DNA of 64,000 bases, from NCBI GenBank assembly GCA_020536535.1, contig JAHLWZ010000582.1:1-64000 (forward strand). Direction: 5' to 3'. Source of the stretch: Pelomyxa schiedti (Eukaryota > Protista > Evosea). Below are positions 11,913-25,711 of the stretch, piece after piece (the stretch's first letter is position 1; each line of letters starts with the position of its first letter). The notes beneath the pieces are model-generated. The model did no database searches. It had not been told where the DNA came from and saw only the letters and a program-made list of their open reading frames with translations. The translations under genes were made by a program, and so were the position numbers.

Positions 11913-12011
11913 TGGGGAGGGGGACGATTCTGCTTTTGCCAAATTGTTGACACTTTGGCACCACTCCCCTGCTGAGATGTGTTTGTTGGGCTACAAAAAA
12001 CCAAGGCAAAA

Positions 12012-14522
12012 ATGTCAATCTTGCAAAAATTAATGATGTGGGAGTACTGTTGGGTTGTGCCGGTGATGGTCTTTGTGACAGGAGTTCGGTGTGATGAACT
12101 GCCTGCTGTATCTTGTAGGCCAATGGCGTATGTGGGTTACATTTGTGATGGAATTAGTTTTGACAGATTCATCGAGTGTTCTGTGTGGGCTCAAGTGTAC
12201 CAATCTCGCTTTTACTTCTTCCGCTCAGTCACGTTGCAGATCTACTCACTGCCCTGATGGTACGAGGTGCGGCACATTCGGGTACAGTCTGGGGAATCCC
12301 TGTGACTACCCAATCCAAGGTTTTCATGTACACATTTTTACTTCTCTTCTTTACGTCGCCGTAAGGATGTGGGGACCAGAACTGCTCTGGAAGCGAAACG
12401 TTTCGGAATTGTCCCAGCGACTGCGCTTCTATCGCTAGTGATCATTGGTATTGTGGGGATGGCCGGTGCGCTGCAAACCATGGCGAAACCGTTCTTACGT
12501 GCCCTTGGGACTGCTTGGGCACTCAAGAACACTGTGGCAATGGGGACTGCGAAAAGGACAAGGGAGAGGATTGCCAAGCTTGCCCTGCGGACTGCCCCTG
12601 CCCAATTGTTTGCGGAAATACTGTATGCGAGACAACAGAGAATTGCACCAACTGCGCAGCCGACTGTGGGGTGTGCCCGTGCGGAAATGGAAAGTGCGAT
12701 CACGATGAAACATGCAGCACGTGTGAAATTGACTGCGGACTGTGCCGGTGCGGTGACAGTGCTTGTGATGGAAATGAAACCTGCGCTACCTGTCCATTGG
12801 ATTGTGGCGTGTGTACCATATGTGGCGATGATAATTGTACTGGAAATGAGACATGTGAGAGTTGCCCTCAAGATTGTGGAGATTGTGATGTAGATTGTGG
12901 AGATGGGGAGTGTGACGCAAGAAGAGGGGAAACTTGTATAAATTGCCCGGCTGATTGTGGGCTGTGCACCTGTGGAGATGGAAAGTGCCAAGATGAAGAA
13001 AGCTGTGGGACCTGCCAACGAGACTGTGGACAGTATAGTTGTAGCTCGCTCTTCTTTAGTGAAACACAAAAAAAAGATGTACTAAATACACTTGCCCTGC
13101 TACTATGTGCCTCCTCCCGAATTGCAAGTGCTGCGATATATGGTCTCCCCAAAATATGAGCACAACTCAGACTCCACAATTCGTGGTTCTTACATTTGAT
13201 GATGCACAAGAGAGTGCTGCGGCAGAAGTTATCTTTTCAGTTTGCATTTGTTTTGTTTAGTTAGTAGGACTCAATTTATGCAGATTCTAAGATTACCTCC
13301 AGATCGCACTGGCTGTAGAGTTGGTGTAACTATATTTCTGGTATTTCCACAAAGAAAAAAGTACTCTGAAGATCATAAGACAGATGAGTATACCGACTAC
13401 GATGTTGTTAGGCGGGAGTACAGCCTGGGTGCCGAAATTGCCTCTCATACGTTTACTCATATGGTGTTTTTTCTTTTACGTTTTGCATGACAAAATACCC
13501 AACTGAAAAGACTGGATCGTCTACCGCTGTCGATGAGTGGATACGGGAACTCACATTAAGTAGGGCCAAAATTTCGAAGGAACTGGGTATTACCCAAGAT
13601 AAAATTGTAACAATCCCTACCACTAATAAATAAATTCCTCATGTAGTTCCAGGTTGGGTTTAGAGCCCCAAATCTTGAATGGTCCTCCAGCACTTTTGAG
13701 GCCTTAGTAAAAGAAAGGTTTCTATACGATGCCTCCCTTGTAGGCTCCTCCCAATTAACTTTTTTTTTCTTGCGAATATTGACCAAATAAACAAAAGGGA
13801 AACAGGGTACGTTTAGGTAATCTAATTGTGAACTAAATGCCACTAGCAAGATGCCTGGGGGATTCAAGACTACGTTTGGCCCTGTTGTATGTATTATTAT
13901 TGTCATGAATTTTTACCTACCAATTCACAGCTATGAACTACGGACTTCCGGCAATGGGTGGCGCTAAAGGACAAATGCTTGATGTATGTATGATTTTTAC
14001 CTGATTTTCAAAAACAGCTCGTACTCTTCAGAAAAAATTTCGGGGATTGTTTGAATTTCCATTATATGTATTCACCAACCCGGTATCCGATATGCCTTCG
14101 TACCCGATGGTTCTCTGTGATAAGTTACTATTATCTGTCTCAAAAAGTGCAGGATCCAGCTGAAGGCGGGTGGAGCCTTTTGGAGTTATTAAAGTATTCC
14201 GGCTATTTTACAGAAAAGCATAAAAAAGCAACAGGCACGACTTTCACAAGCACTATGATGGAAGGCGCTCACCATTTGGAATTTGGATGCACCCTGGGTG
14301 GCTCACAGCAGGAAGATTTAGTGTACTGAAACAATTCCTAGAATATGTCAGAGCACTACCAGGTACCTTCTTTGGCACAAGTACACCACCTCACCACCTT
14401 ATGTTACCTTTAACAGCAGACCAGGTGAGGAGATTGTGCGGTTTGTGCAACATCCCAAGACAATCACGCAACTCACAGCCACCCAAGGGCTGTGTCACTA
14501 CCCATCACAGCACCACCCCTGA
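12012..14522 (+). CDS. Secreted CE4 polysaccharide (chitin) deacetylase with N-terminal Cys-rich module and nine CGDGxC repeats
   Basis: Signal peptide; repeats CGDGxCxxxETCxxCPxDC; CDA-like catalytic motifs CLLPNCKC, TPQFVVLTFDDA, EIASHTFTH, GFRAPNL, FLYDASL, HYDGRRSPFGIWMH. Confidence 0.85.
12366..13030 (+). repeat. Nine tandem Cys-rich protein repeats (about 21-25 aa each)
   Basis: CGDQNC.., CGDGRC.., CGNGDC.., CGNTVC.., CGNGKC.., CGDSAC.., CGDDNC.., CGDGEC.., CGDGKC.. Confidence 0.85.
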
Positions 14523-14671
14523 CCTTTCAAATACGTCCATGTAATTTCCGTTCCCACTTTGAGAAACCACAAGAGAATAATAAAGAGGGGGAAAAAAAAT
14601 TTTCATTTCATTATTTTGCTTTCTTGTTAATACAAAAAATAGGAAGGACAGACACAACACCCAGAATTTGC

Positions 14672-17600
14672 TCACGACGAGCCGTCAGCGCTCCTATTGA
14701 CCGGCCGGCGTGAAGGAGGCCTGCGCCCAGGCTTGCCTCCTTTCCTGGCTCTCGCTCCTGCTGGCCTGTTTTGCAAGTCAGTTGGTTGATTGTTTGGTGG
14801 GAGGGGGAATTCGGCGTACTTGGCTCTTGTCTTGGTGACATGTTGGAGAGCTGGGCCTGTGGGCTCACCGGAATCCGCTTGCGCTAAAACGCTGGAAGCA
14901 TCACGGGTCTTGACCTTTCGGGGTGCCACTGGGGCTGCTGCTGCTGGAAGGGGGAGGGGGGGGGAACTGAGTCAGGTGGGATAAAAGGAGAGCGAGGGCA
15001 CATACAGGTTGATGCTGAAGAGGTGGAAGCTGCAGACATTGCGGGTGGGGGCGAAGTTTCTGCTTCTGCTGGTTCGGCTGCTGGCGCGGCAGCTCCTGTG
15101 GCTCCTCGTCTTGGTAGGATGGTTTGGTTTGGTTTGGTTAAAGAAAAAGAGGCCGGGGCAAGGGGAATACCTTGGAGGGGGTGCACCAATTCCTCCTCGC
15201 CCTATCGCTGCAGCAAGAGCAGTGTTTGCTGCAAGCCTGCCTGGCGCTGGTCGGGATGCCGCTCTGGCCGCCACTGGTGGGTCTGGCTTGGCAGCTGGTT
15301 GCTCAAACACTGTGTATTGCTTAATAAATATTCATGATGGCAGACGAACTTGCTGCTTTCGAAGCTAGAGAACTCGGTTTCTTAGCGGGATCCATTTTGG
15401 AACTGGTAGTAGAGGTTGCTGGCGTTTCTGTCAGTGCCGCAGAGCTTGGTTTCTTCACAGTAGATGTTACAGGTTTGAGAGCCCCACTATCTTCTCTTCC
15501 TGGGGTAGGCGGAGGGTTGCTTGGGGGTGGGGGAAGTTCTAACACAAAATGAGGTTACTAGGACAAACCAAAAAAATTGTACCTTCTTCTTCTTCTTGTT
15601 GTTTCGCAACTAAGTCCTCTTCCACAGAGAAAAGGGAATTCATAATTTTTTCATAGACATAATCTGTCGCAACTTCAACAGTGGAGATGAAGCATTCTGA
15701 TGCCTTGTTCATGATTTCCGCTCCCGCGGCCTGTATTCTAATTCAGATTGCCACAAGTTGAAATGGAAGATGCAGGTTACATTGACAAGAATTTGATCTA
15801 GTGTAGAGTTATCGAATCCCTTAGAACCGTAGTCAATGGCAGTTTTCAAAGGCCGGAAGGTTTCCCCATCAAAACTTTCAAAATTTTGTCCCAAAATCTT
15901 TACCGTCGTTAGTTGTTCTCTTGGCACTAACGAAATACCGAAAAAATTTCAGTCCTCATCTTCACTTTGGAGTCCATTACAAACTAAAGTAATGAGAAGA
16001 GATAATCACGAAAGTAGGTATGTTAACCTTAGCGGCCTGCTCTGCAAACCCTTGTAATGTCTTACGCAATTCTACTTCCATAGAAGCTTGCATTGACTCT
16101 CTGAGTAAATGGAAAGAGGTGGTAACCTTGAAGTAATGTTATCAACAATCATAGTCTTGTCGCCATACTTTTTCTGCTTTGGCAGCATCCTCTAGAACAG
16201 GTCGGAATTGCTCTGTTTCACACAGCCTGTTTGGGTCCATTCTCTTAATTTTCAGCAGTTCAGCTTCTACATAGGCTTGCTGTCCAGATGTCTAGATGAA
16301 GTTACCGAGCTAGAGAGATGAAACGTTTATACCAGCAATAGAGAGCTCATTTGATAGCCTTTGGTACCTTCAAACCTTGAAGAAGGGTTTTGATTTCTGT
16401 AAATACAACTCTCCATTTCGATTACAAGTTTGTGAAGCTTTGTGAGAACTGGACCTTGTGCTTCTCTCATACACTAAAAAGAAATTAGATAACCCCAGAG
16501 CAGTCAGTCCATACAGCCGCAATATCAAGAATCGGCATGGGCATAGTTTTTAGAGAGCGATTTCTCTCAAGGCCTACTTTAAAACCAATAAATCCTGGAT
16601 ATGTTACACCATTATCATCCCAGGACAGCATGCGAAGTGTCTTATTTGTTTGTAGAGCTTTTCCTAAGGCAATTGCTCCCTAAATGAAAATCAGGATTAG
16701 AAGGTAAAAAGGGGTTCTAAACCTTATTGCCCATGCCATTTCCAGATACATTCAACTCCAACAATGATTCATTGACACCCACGGCATAGATAAAGGAAAG
16801 TAGGTCATCTGTCTTTGGTTGCATGGTCTTGGATCCACACAATGAAAGAACCTCTAAGAAAATTATTTAAATAAAGCGACTTGTCGGCATGCCAAGGGGG
16901 CACTCAGACTCCACTAATTCTATCAAAGCATCAAATGCTAAGGTATTGCCCCTTTTGGATCTCGCTGATAAGTTCGCATCAAGATTTAGACACTGAACAA
17001 GGTTGGAAAAAAGGAGGTGGAGGGGTGGATACCCCAAGAGCTTCACTTTCACAAAATGCGTGTGCAATGGCAATTACCCCGTCGTCTTGAAAGTCATTAT
17101 CTGCCTGAGCGAAATTACAATGTGGGAGAGGAAAAGGGGACAAACCAGATCCAGTGCATGTATGTTTTTTAAACTTGATGCAACACTAGCAATTGCAGTG
17201 GCGCCAGGAATACCCAAGGCATTACTCTGTAGTGTTAAAATTAGCCATTGTAAATTAATAGCTTGTGTACCTTTGCTTTAACAGTAACAGCTTTTAGGTA
17301 AACATTTTGTGCTATAGAAGAAAGGATTTCTTTTATTCCATCAGGCTGTATGCTTGTTCCAGACAGGTTAAGCACCTAATCCAGTTAAAAAAATATGGCA
17401 GTGGGACCTAGGAACCTCCAAATTGGATGAACTTCCAATCCATTTAACAAGAGAAGGAACTGTCCTTGGGGTTATCCTATTTCCAGAGAGGTCCAACATC
17501 CTGAGCTCTGGGCATCCCCTCACAACAGCCCCTGAAATAGTCTCCAAATTGGAAATTGTTTCCCTGAAAAAAATTAAGTGTGGCCTTTCTCATCACTCTT

Positions 17601-19143
17601 GAATACTTGATTTGAAGAGTCCGAATGGTATTTGGGGAAGCTATGAATGAACAAATTCCAACAGAGCCCTCTGGTTCAATTTTATTGTGGCTCAAATTTA
17701 GATATGTGAGAGAAGAAGCCATCTTGGGGTTATTTCTCAAAGCAGCACCAAGCAGCTGGAACCCTTTGGCATCTATTTTACACCCGTCCAAATTGAGAGT
17801 TACAATTCCATGTGGAGCAGCTTCGAGATACTTGCAGAGTGCTGCCACTCCTAATGTACAGTTATTTGAATTACCTTTCGGTTAACTGGAAACCAGAAGC
17901 TTCTATAGGATTTCCTGACAAATTCAACTCTGTGAGAGACATTGCCTTGTTGGCAAGAAGCACAGTAGACAGCGTGACAATGTGCTCTGGTCTTGCTCCA
18001 ACATTGGAGAGGTCAAGACACTCTATTTTGGTGTTGACCTAAAATACCATTACAAAACGAATGTAAAACGAGATGCAACTTTTAGACATTCAAAAACGGC
18101 GTCAATCTGGGATTTGTCTTTGCCCAGAGGAAAGTCGGGTGCTTCCAGACCCTTGAAATAATTGTTGTACCTAACATAACAGTCACTCTTGAGTACTACT
18201 GTTTTAAAAACGGACTTTAGGGTGTGCATCATAGCTCTAATATCATTTGGTGTTGGAGTCTCGAATTCGTTGACATTGAACCTATGCAACTCAGTGAACT
18301 CGAAACAAGCAGCAGAAGAAAAACTTCTCCAATTTCTGTCGGGTGACAAGATGTTCCATATCCCAGCAGATATCAGCACGAAACGGAACATCAAGATGCT
18401 TGCAAATAGATTCATACGTGGGTATAAATCCCCCACAAATTGTGTCTTATCAATGGTAAAAAAATGTAAGAGGGTAAGTGCTACCTTTGTCAGGAACGCT
18501 TGGCATTCTTCAAAACCCATTAACTTAATCAAAGTGTATGTGGAGAGAACCTTGAATCGGGAACTACGACAACAGAAAACAAGGGTTCAGATACTCCAGG
18601 AAAGCTATACTTGACTTGTGTGAGCAGTGTGTTGAGGCACTCATCAGCATCTTCCACTTCACCAGCAATGGCTGTAGCCGAATTCTTGAAGGTGAAACCA
18701 ATCTGCATGTTTAACACTCAACATGTCACGTGTAACAAGTTCAATAAGTTTAAACCTCGGTGCGAGAGTTACTTCGCACTTCCTTAATGTCTAAAAAGTG
18801 GACCTGGTGAAGCACCTGAAGCAACGGTTACAAACTATCCTTAATCACTCCAAGTATAATAAAGAGGTTGAACAAAAAAAAAAAGTTACAAAACCTTGGA
18901 CTTTGGTGTAAGTGGGGCGGGTCCAATCAGATACACGAAAAATTTACTCAAAGCAAGTTGTTTCTGTTCCACCCTCTTTGTGGTCCTCACATTTAACACT
19001 CCAGTGTACAAGCACTGCTCCGAATTTCCCATTATTTGCTCCACCATCGTCGTTTCTGGTTCGGCATAATGACGTTGTGTTGGTGCAAGAAATAATTAAG
19101 TGAAATAGTGTTGGTGGTGTCAAAACACACGAGGGTCTGCCAT
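14672..19143 (-). CDS. CARMIL: CARMIL (capping protein, Arp2/3 and myosin-I linker; LRRC16 family)
   Basis: N-terminal PH-like region, linker TYESICKHLDVPFRADICWDMEHL, many RNI-like LRRs, Pro-rich tail and CPI motif LQHVTKTRAK..RRPPSRR. Confidence 0.88.
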
Positions 19144-19340
19144 GATCGATGTTTCTTTTTGCTTCGTTTGGTTTTGTTTCTCCGAAAGACGATGACCCTT
19201 GAGAAGCCAAATGATCAAAACATTTACTTTGGACCAAGAGCCTGGCTTTGGGCTCACTGAATGAAGGTGCAGATCAAACACCCTCCCCAGGGTATTACTC
19301 TCAGGAAAAAAAATCACTGGTGATTTTTTTTAAGTTATTG

Positions 19341-20397
19341 TTACAGTTGCTTGAATAAAAATTCGGCAGCCCTTTCTACGTGATTGCCCTGTGTGTGCAT
19401 TAATAACATTGAAAAGGGGTAAGTGGCCAACATTCAAGGCAAGAGCATTCCGCGCCATCTCCGATGAAAAGCCAAGCTCCATTAGCTGCGTAATATTTTC
19501 AGGGGTTGGCTCAGCAATACTAAGTTCAGGGGCGTCGTAAGGGGTGGGTGCAGAAGAGTCTTCTGAGGAATGGGATGATAGCCACTCCACCGCCTCCTCC
19601 ACGTTGTCATCTGTTTCCTGGATGCCAATTACTACTCATGGAATTATGTGGTGGAAAGCGGGAGTACATTTAAAGCTCGGCAGCATATATCCCGAGAGAA
19701 ACCAAGCTCCATAAGTGTCTGCAAATTTGCGGCACTAGACGAACCTAATTGGTCCAAGATCTTGTTTGCTGCAACGGGGTCCTTAACCGGATTAAGGGCC
19801 CAATTTCCGCTTCCTTGCACACCCTAGTTGTTTATTCTTGTAACAATCATTCACATGTGCACATAATATAATATGTCATCTTTACCTGCCATTCGCCAAA
19901 CAATCCCCCTAAATGAAGAGTAAGGGCGGGGATAAGAAAGTTATTTGAACCTTCAGATGCCTCTCGCCAACCAGTTAAGTTATGCGCATCAGGAGAATTT
20001 ACATAGTTGATAACCAGGGCACAAGAATACGGAGAGGAAGCTTTCACTGTTCCTTCCACTTTGAATTTCCCCAATATGGCATCCTGTTCCGAAAAAAAAA
20101 AAAAGAGAGAGAAGATTAATGAACACTGCATATAAGCAAAAAGAAGTGAAACACGAAAGTGGCATGGCACCATTCCAGATCCCGTGACGCGGGGATCACC
20201 ACCGTGTGACCAATTGAATTTCATTGTGAGTATGAGATCTCTTCTCTTTCCAGAGAAGCTGATGAACCCCTTCCATGGACCATCGCGATATTTTGTGGAC
20301 GCTTTAAACAACCATAACAAAAAAGAGAAGGATAAAACAATGTCAGGGGACTCTGATGCTTCATAATTAATTAGGGCGTTCGTGGCTACGCACCCAT
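19341..20397 (-). CDS. Protein with N-terminal beta-rich domain and two C-terminal UBA domains
   Basis: UBA motifs LQTLMELGFSRDICCRAL..NVEEAVEWL and ITQLMELGFSSEMARNAL..NHVERAAEFLF*; N-domain GPWKGFISF..VTGSG|QDAILGKFKVEG..GLFGEW. Confidence 0.75.
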
Positions 20398-20574
20398 CTC
20401 ACTGCGTTTAACTTTTTTTCCAGGTTTCTGATCAGGAATTTCTTTGGCTCTGGGCACACGGGTGGGCTTCAAGTAAAAATGACAAGCGGGGCACCAATTT
20501 GCGTTTGGGGTGTTTTCCCTTTATTTTTTTGTTGTAAATCAGAAACCGACACACGAGATCTGGGGTACACATAA

Positions 20575-21910
20575 ATGACGACCCAACCGCAACACCCTGT
20601 AATGATTGCTGAGAGCGCCGTGTTGATGTCCTTTTTGAGACGTATGGATGACGTTGGTGTGAAGACTGCAGTGAAAGACGAACTGTCTCGAACTTCGGCA
20701 CTTTCGCTTGTTGCTCTTTCGCGCATTATTTCCGACGGAAATCTTGGTTCGTTTTTTTGGCCACTTCTTTCTTGTTTAGATCTTTGTTTAACGAACGTAG
20801 TGTATATCACAACCAAGGAGGCAGAACAGCTCTCAAAATGTGGTGTGAATAATGTCCATGAGCTAGCGTCTCTGTTGTGCCACGCGGACCGTCTTAAGAC
20901 TATAGCTCGTGTGGTACCAACGATACGTCGTTTGTCGAAAGCAGCAGCACATGTCCTGGCCCAAGCTGATGTTTTGGACAGGCAAACAATGCCAGCAATG
21001 CCTATGCCAAGTTTGTGCACTGTCATTTTTACATCATTATCGACTTTTGAAAGGTGTGAGGGAGGAAGAAGTTTATACCCTGGACAACCTAGTTAAGAGA
21101 TCCGTTCCGCGTTCATCTATCAGTCCTTCTGCCGCAGCTCTGATACTCGAAGGTATGGATGAGGAGACATTCAATTTCTTGAAGACCAAAGCAAATCCCC
21201 CTGTTGTAACAGTAGGTTCAATTCTCCAACACCAAGCATACCACATCTGCAACCCATTTCTTCCTTGACCTTATATCAGGTTAGCCAATTTGCCAAATTG
21301 GAAAGTCACCCTGTCTACAACTACATTATAACGTGCGCTGACATGGCACCTAACGTCAAGACACTAATTTCACGTGCGAATCATCTTGTAACGTACGCAC
21401 GTATAATAAAGAAGCAAAAGTTCTAATACAATTTCAAGCTTACTGGAGTCTTCCAAGGCTCCTGAGGCCCCAAGTGATATACCCGTATTACCTCTTCCAA
21501 CACAACCAGGCCCATCACCTACAACGAATATCACACCAACTCCTACTACTCCCATGCCAACCACACCTACACCCACAACTACTAATGTAACACCCACTCC
21601 TACCCCGTCCACGCCTACACCTGCAACTCCCACACCAACCTCTACTCCCACAGTCACTCAACCTTTGCCGACACCAACAACCCCATTGTCTATTCATGTA
21701 CCTTCTAAAGCACCCCTCAGCTCCCTCAGCATTCCTCCAAATATTCATTCTGCCCTGTGGGAAAGCTGTTACCTCTCCACAGTTGAGGACTTGGCCAATG
21801 TGGAAAAGCAGGCACCAGAAACCTGGGCACTTCTTTGCGAAAATCCCTACCACCACCTCCCCATTTCCACTTTGCCCAACCTTGCCAAGAGCTGTATGGA
21901 ACGAAGCTGA
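20575..21910 (+). CDS. Hypothetical protein with Thr/Pro-rich segment
   Basis: Collinear plus-strand exon ORFs 20575-21096, 20909-21268, 21554-21910; no family recognised. Confidence 0.45.
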
Positions 21911-22031
21911 AAATCCAAAAAAAAAAAAACAAACTTCTCCAAACAAACTCTCTGTTAAGAAGAGTTTTTATTTTAAACAAATACAAGACAAAAAAACAAA
22001 ATGGGTCACAGGATTTTCACAAGGATGGGCC

Positions 22032-22967
22032 TCAGTGGTCCTGGTGCTCCGGAGGACTCTCACCGACAGTGTCGTCGTCCCCAGGAGGAGGGGATGAGGA
22101 GGAGGACGACGAGGTGGACGAGGACTCCTCAGTGGAAGACGATGACAGGCAAGCAGCGGCCTGGGGATCGTCGGCACTGGCGTCCTGCTGGGGAGTGCCG
22201 AGGGGCTGGCGGTTGTGGCTGCGCCGTCGGCTGCGGCCGTGCCCGTGGCCGTGGCCGTGCCCGTGGTGGCGGTGGGAGTGGGGGTGGTCCGGGATGCTGG
22301 GGTACTCGGAGGCGGTGGCGGCGGCGGCCAGGACGTCCTCCTTGCGCAGGGCGGTGTAGCGGGCCACGATGTCGGCCAGTAAGGGGTACTGCTTGACCAT
22401 GCTGGCCAGCAGCGGGTCCGGCCTCGTCTGCGTCGTGGACACGATCTTGAGCAGGGACAGCGTCACCCGTATGTCCTCGATGCTGCTGCTGCTGGCGCTG
22501 CCACTGCCGCTACTGCACGTGTTGTTGTTGGAGAAAGATGACGAGCTGGTGTTGCAGCAAACGGTGATATCATTGACATTGTTGCTGCTGCTACTGTGGG
22601 AAGAGGAGGAGGAGGAGGTTGTTGTTGTTGTGGTGGTGGTGGTGGTGGTTGTGGTTGTGGTGCTTCTAATGCACGAGGAAACGTGATTACTGTTGTGTTT
22701 GTTGTTGCCGCCGCCGCCGCCGCCGCTCGTATCTCTACCGCAGTAGCACAGCCCCTCGAGCGCCGCCGTCACGATTGGAGCCGGGGGGTGTGCCAGCAGC
22801 TTCGACCTCTTGCCGTTCCGCGAAGACGACGGCGCCGCTGCTGGTCCCCTGTTCTGCCTGGCCGACGACGCCATGGTGGCTCCCCTCGTCGCGGTCTCTG
22901 CTCTCTTGCCGCGTGGAATTGCGTTTGGCATAGAAGGCGACGAAGTCTGAAACGAGCTTGTCTGCAT
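22032..22967 (-). CDS. Low-complexity hypothetical protein (poly-Thr/Ser/His tracts), single exon
   Basis: 311-aa ORF with ATG; GC-rich; short helical core IEDIRVTLSLLK..LADIVARYTALRK. Confidence 0.45.
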   Translation of the reverse strand: MQTSSFQTSSPSMPNAIPRGKRAETATRGATMASSARQNRGPAAAPSSSRNGKRSKLLAHPPAPIVTAALEGLCYCGRDTSGGGGGGNNKHNSNHVSSCIRSTTTTTTTTTTTTTTTSSSSSSHSSSSNNVNDITVCCNTSSSSFSNNNTCSSGSGSASSSSIEDIRVTLSLLKIVSTTQTRPDPLLASMVKQYPLLADIVARYTALRKEDVLAAAATASEYPSIPDHPHSHRHHGHGHGHGHGRSRRRSHNRQPLGTPQQDASADDPQAAACLSSSSTEESSSTSSSSSSSPPPGDDDTVGESPPEHQDH

Positions 22968-23269
22968 AGTGGTGGGTTTATTTGAGTGTGTGTGGAGTGG
23001 GCGCGACGTTTGTTGTTTAGTTTATTTCTTGTTGTTGTGGAAAAAAGCCCTTTTTTTTTTTCCAACAGTTGCGCAAACTAGCCAGCCTTTTGTCGCTTTC
23101 TTGGTGGCACCCCGGTGAAATCTCGACGGCTAACCATCGACTTCAATACCAAAAAAGGCTATCTGGGATCGGCGAAAGATCGCTTTCTTTCCACTAATAC
23201 AACTTTTTTTTGGCTCGAAATCACATCTTGGAACGCAACGGGGTGTGAACATCTCATCATTTTTGATGT

Positions 23270-25268
23270 TCAAGCAACTGGGCAGGCTCGCTGGATGACC
23301 TATGGAGGGTGTGTAGTTCACCAAGGGAGTTTTGGAAGACACACATGCCGTATCACATCCGATGTGCTGACTGTCTTGAAGTGCGATATGTTGTCGAATA
23401 CCATAACTTCTACATCATAGCCTTGTTGTTGCCAGCTCTCACAGGCGTACTGTATTCCGATTCATGAATGAGAATACGGGAGTATAAGTAGCAGCACACC
23501 CGCAGTGACTCGAGGTTCACTGTCCCATCACCCTCTCCATGGGCAACTGTGGGTTCTTCTTCAAAGGAGTCACTTCTGTAGACAAGAGCTTCAGCGGTAT
23601 CCAGACCCCGGGAATAGCTAGAGTGGACTTCACAAGCGGATACATATTATGAAGGCATACATGCAAGATACAGGAACACCTGGAAATGTGAAACCCCTGG
23701 TGGAAAGGATTGTGAAAAACTCTTTAGCAATTCCGTCGAGAGGGGGAACGTGTTCGATCCCTGCATTCATGAACAATTCCGGGTAGTCTAGAACCGGGTA
23801 ATTCTTAGTTTTGGTCTGCACTAATACCTGCTCCATTAAATACAACGGATTTTGAGGGATGAAGAAGACTACCTGAGAGTGGTCCCACCCAAAACTGGGA
23901 TTAGGGAGAAGGAAGTATAGCCCTGGAAATGTAATTGACATGTCTCTGGCCCATCTGCGATCTACTGGAAGCCCAAGAGGATCACCACTTAGAATACCCA
24001 AAAGTGCTTGCACGGCTCCACTCCACGGGGGAGATATTGCCAACTATATACTATGAACCACTACTTGACGAGAAATAGACATACAAATGTGTGAATGTAC
24101 TTTGCTTTCCATGTGCTGTCTTGTTGTAATAAGAAATAGTACGTGTAAAGAGTTCCCATGCTATGCGCAACCAAATCTATACTCCTTCCAGCATTTTTTT
24201 GTGAAGCTAAAGTGTTGGTAATGTCAACTTGAATGCTGGTAACGTAACACCAACCTGTCTCAATGAGGACTTTCAAGTCTTGCATCCAGTTATCACTTTG
24301 ACAGTATATTAAACAATACTCGATTAATAGAGTAATATCAACCTGGGCACTCTTCTCCAATCAAACCCAGCACCAAACATATTTTCCATATCAGTGTATC
24401 CGTTGTTCTGCAGTTCTAACCAACATTTATTAATGAACACTGCGGGAAATGGTTTTTGCCTGCAATCATATCGTGGTAGTATTTGGTGAAGGAACGCAGT
24501 GGAAACGACGGATCAAGGTAGTCCTTTTGAGTTATGTAACAAATAAAGTAGAACACAACTATCAAGGAAAAGATACCATTGCATAAACACTACCTATAAA
24601 TAAGGTTAACTTTGAAACATAAAATGAAATGGGCCCACCAAACTTAGGAGATCGAACTTGAATACCCTCACGATTGGCAAAGGAACTCGTTTGGTTGTCC
24701 CACTCCATGGAGAGGTAAAAAGAAACACAATCCCTAGCACCAATGCTAACATCCTGGGTCGTTATCCATACTCTTGTCCATGTTTTACTAGGAAGTGAAA
24801 CGATTGCCATGCATTAGTTATTACAGGAGAAAGGTGCCAACAACCTTTTTCTTTTGCAGTAAAAATGTGGAAGCGTTGTGGAACTGTTGTTTGAAGACAT
24901 AAGGCGAAAAAAGAACAAAGGTAATGAAGGACTATGACACACTCAGGTATGTCAAGAAGTACTTCTAGCTGCGAACCACCAACGCCAGGCACTAGCACAA
25001 TAGGATGGCACGCAGGTGCCAAGTTGCTCTCAATTGGATCCCTTACATTCACCGCAGAGCCGAAATCCGCAGTGGAACCAACGGCAATGGCACGCGCAGA
25101 AGAAACCACAGAAGACAATGCGAGTATAGCCAGAGCAAGCACGAAAAGCGACGAATACGACGGCAAGTGTACGCAGCACCCGGGGCACAAACAACAGCAG
25201 CACATGCCCACAAACAGAGACAGCAGCCACGCTACCCGTGACGTACACACAACCACCAGCTCACACAT
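23270..25268 (-). CDS. LCAT / group XV lysosomal phospholipase A2 family protein
   Basis: HPIVLVPGVGGSQLEV, nucleophile motif DLVAHSMG, ISPPWSGA, GDGTVNLESL, C-terminal His (NISHF); N-terminal signal or TM segment; exact start uncertain. Confidence 0.9.
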
Positions 25269-25479
25269 CTAAAGATCTCCCCTTTTCGCCGCTTATTTGT
25301 AAGCACACAGTCAAAACAAAACAAAACAAAAAAAGGGGGGGTGACGCGCTTCCCCCGCGTCCATCGCCGTGTTTTCCGTTTTCTTTTTTTTTTTCTTTAG
25401 AATAGAACGGTGGAAAGAAAAAAGACTGAATTCTGCAAAATTTCAAAAAGCCCAAAAACTCCATGAACCTGAAGGACCC

Positions 25480-25674
25480 TCAGAACCCGGTGTTCTCTGT
25501 TGTGGGAGGGTCAATGGCAACCGACAACGGCGCACGTGTCTCCATGCAACGCACGACCTCGCTCTCCGACACACTGAACAGTGCACCCTCACACCCATGT
25601 GGTGGCTGTTGCACAGTCGTCGTCGTGGACCACCCCTGCTGGGAGCAATAGCAAGGGGTTGGAGGGAGCAGCTG

Positions 25675-25711
<37 letters not shown>

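Noticed and set aside
11006-12004. Several long overlapping ORFs (332, 312, 252 aa) on both strands
   Set aside because: Shadow ORFs of GC-rich sequence; only 9930-11912 carries family (DONSON) motifs
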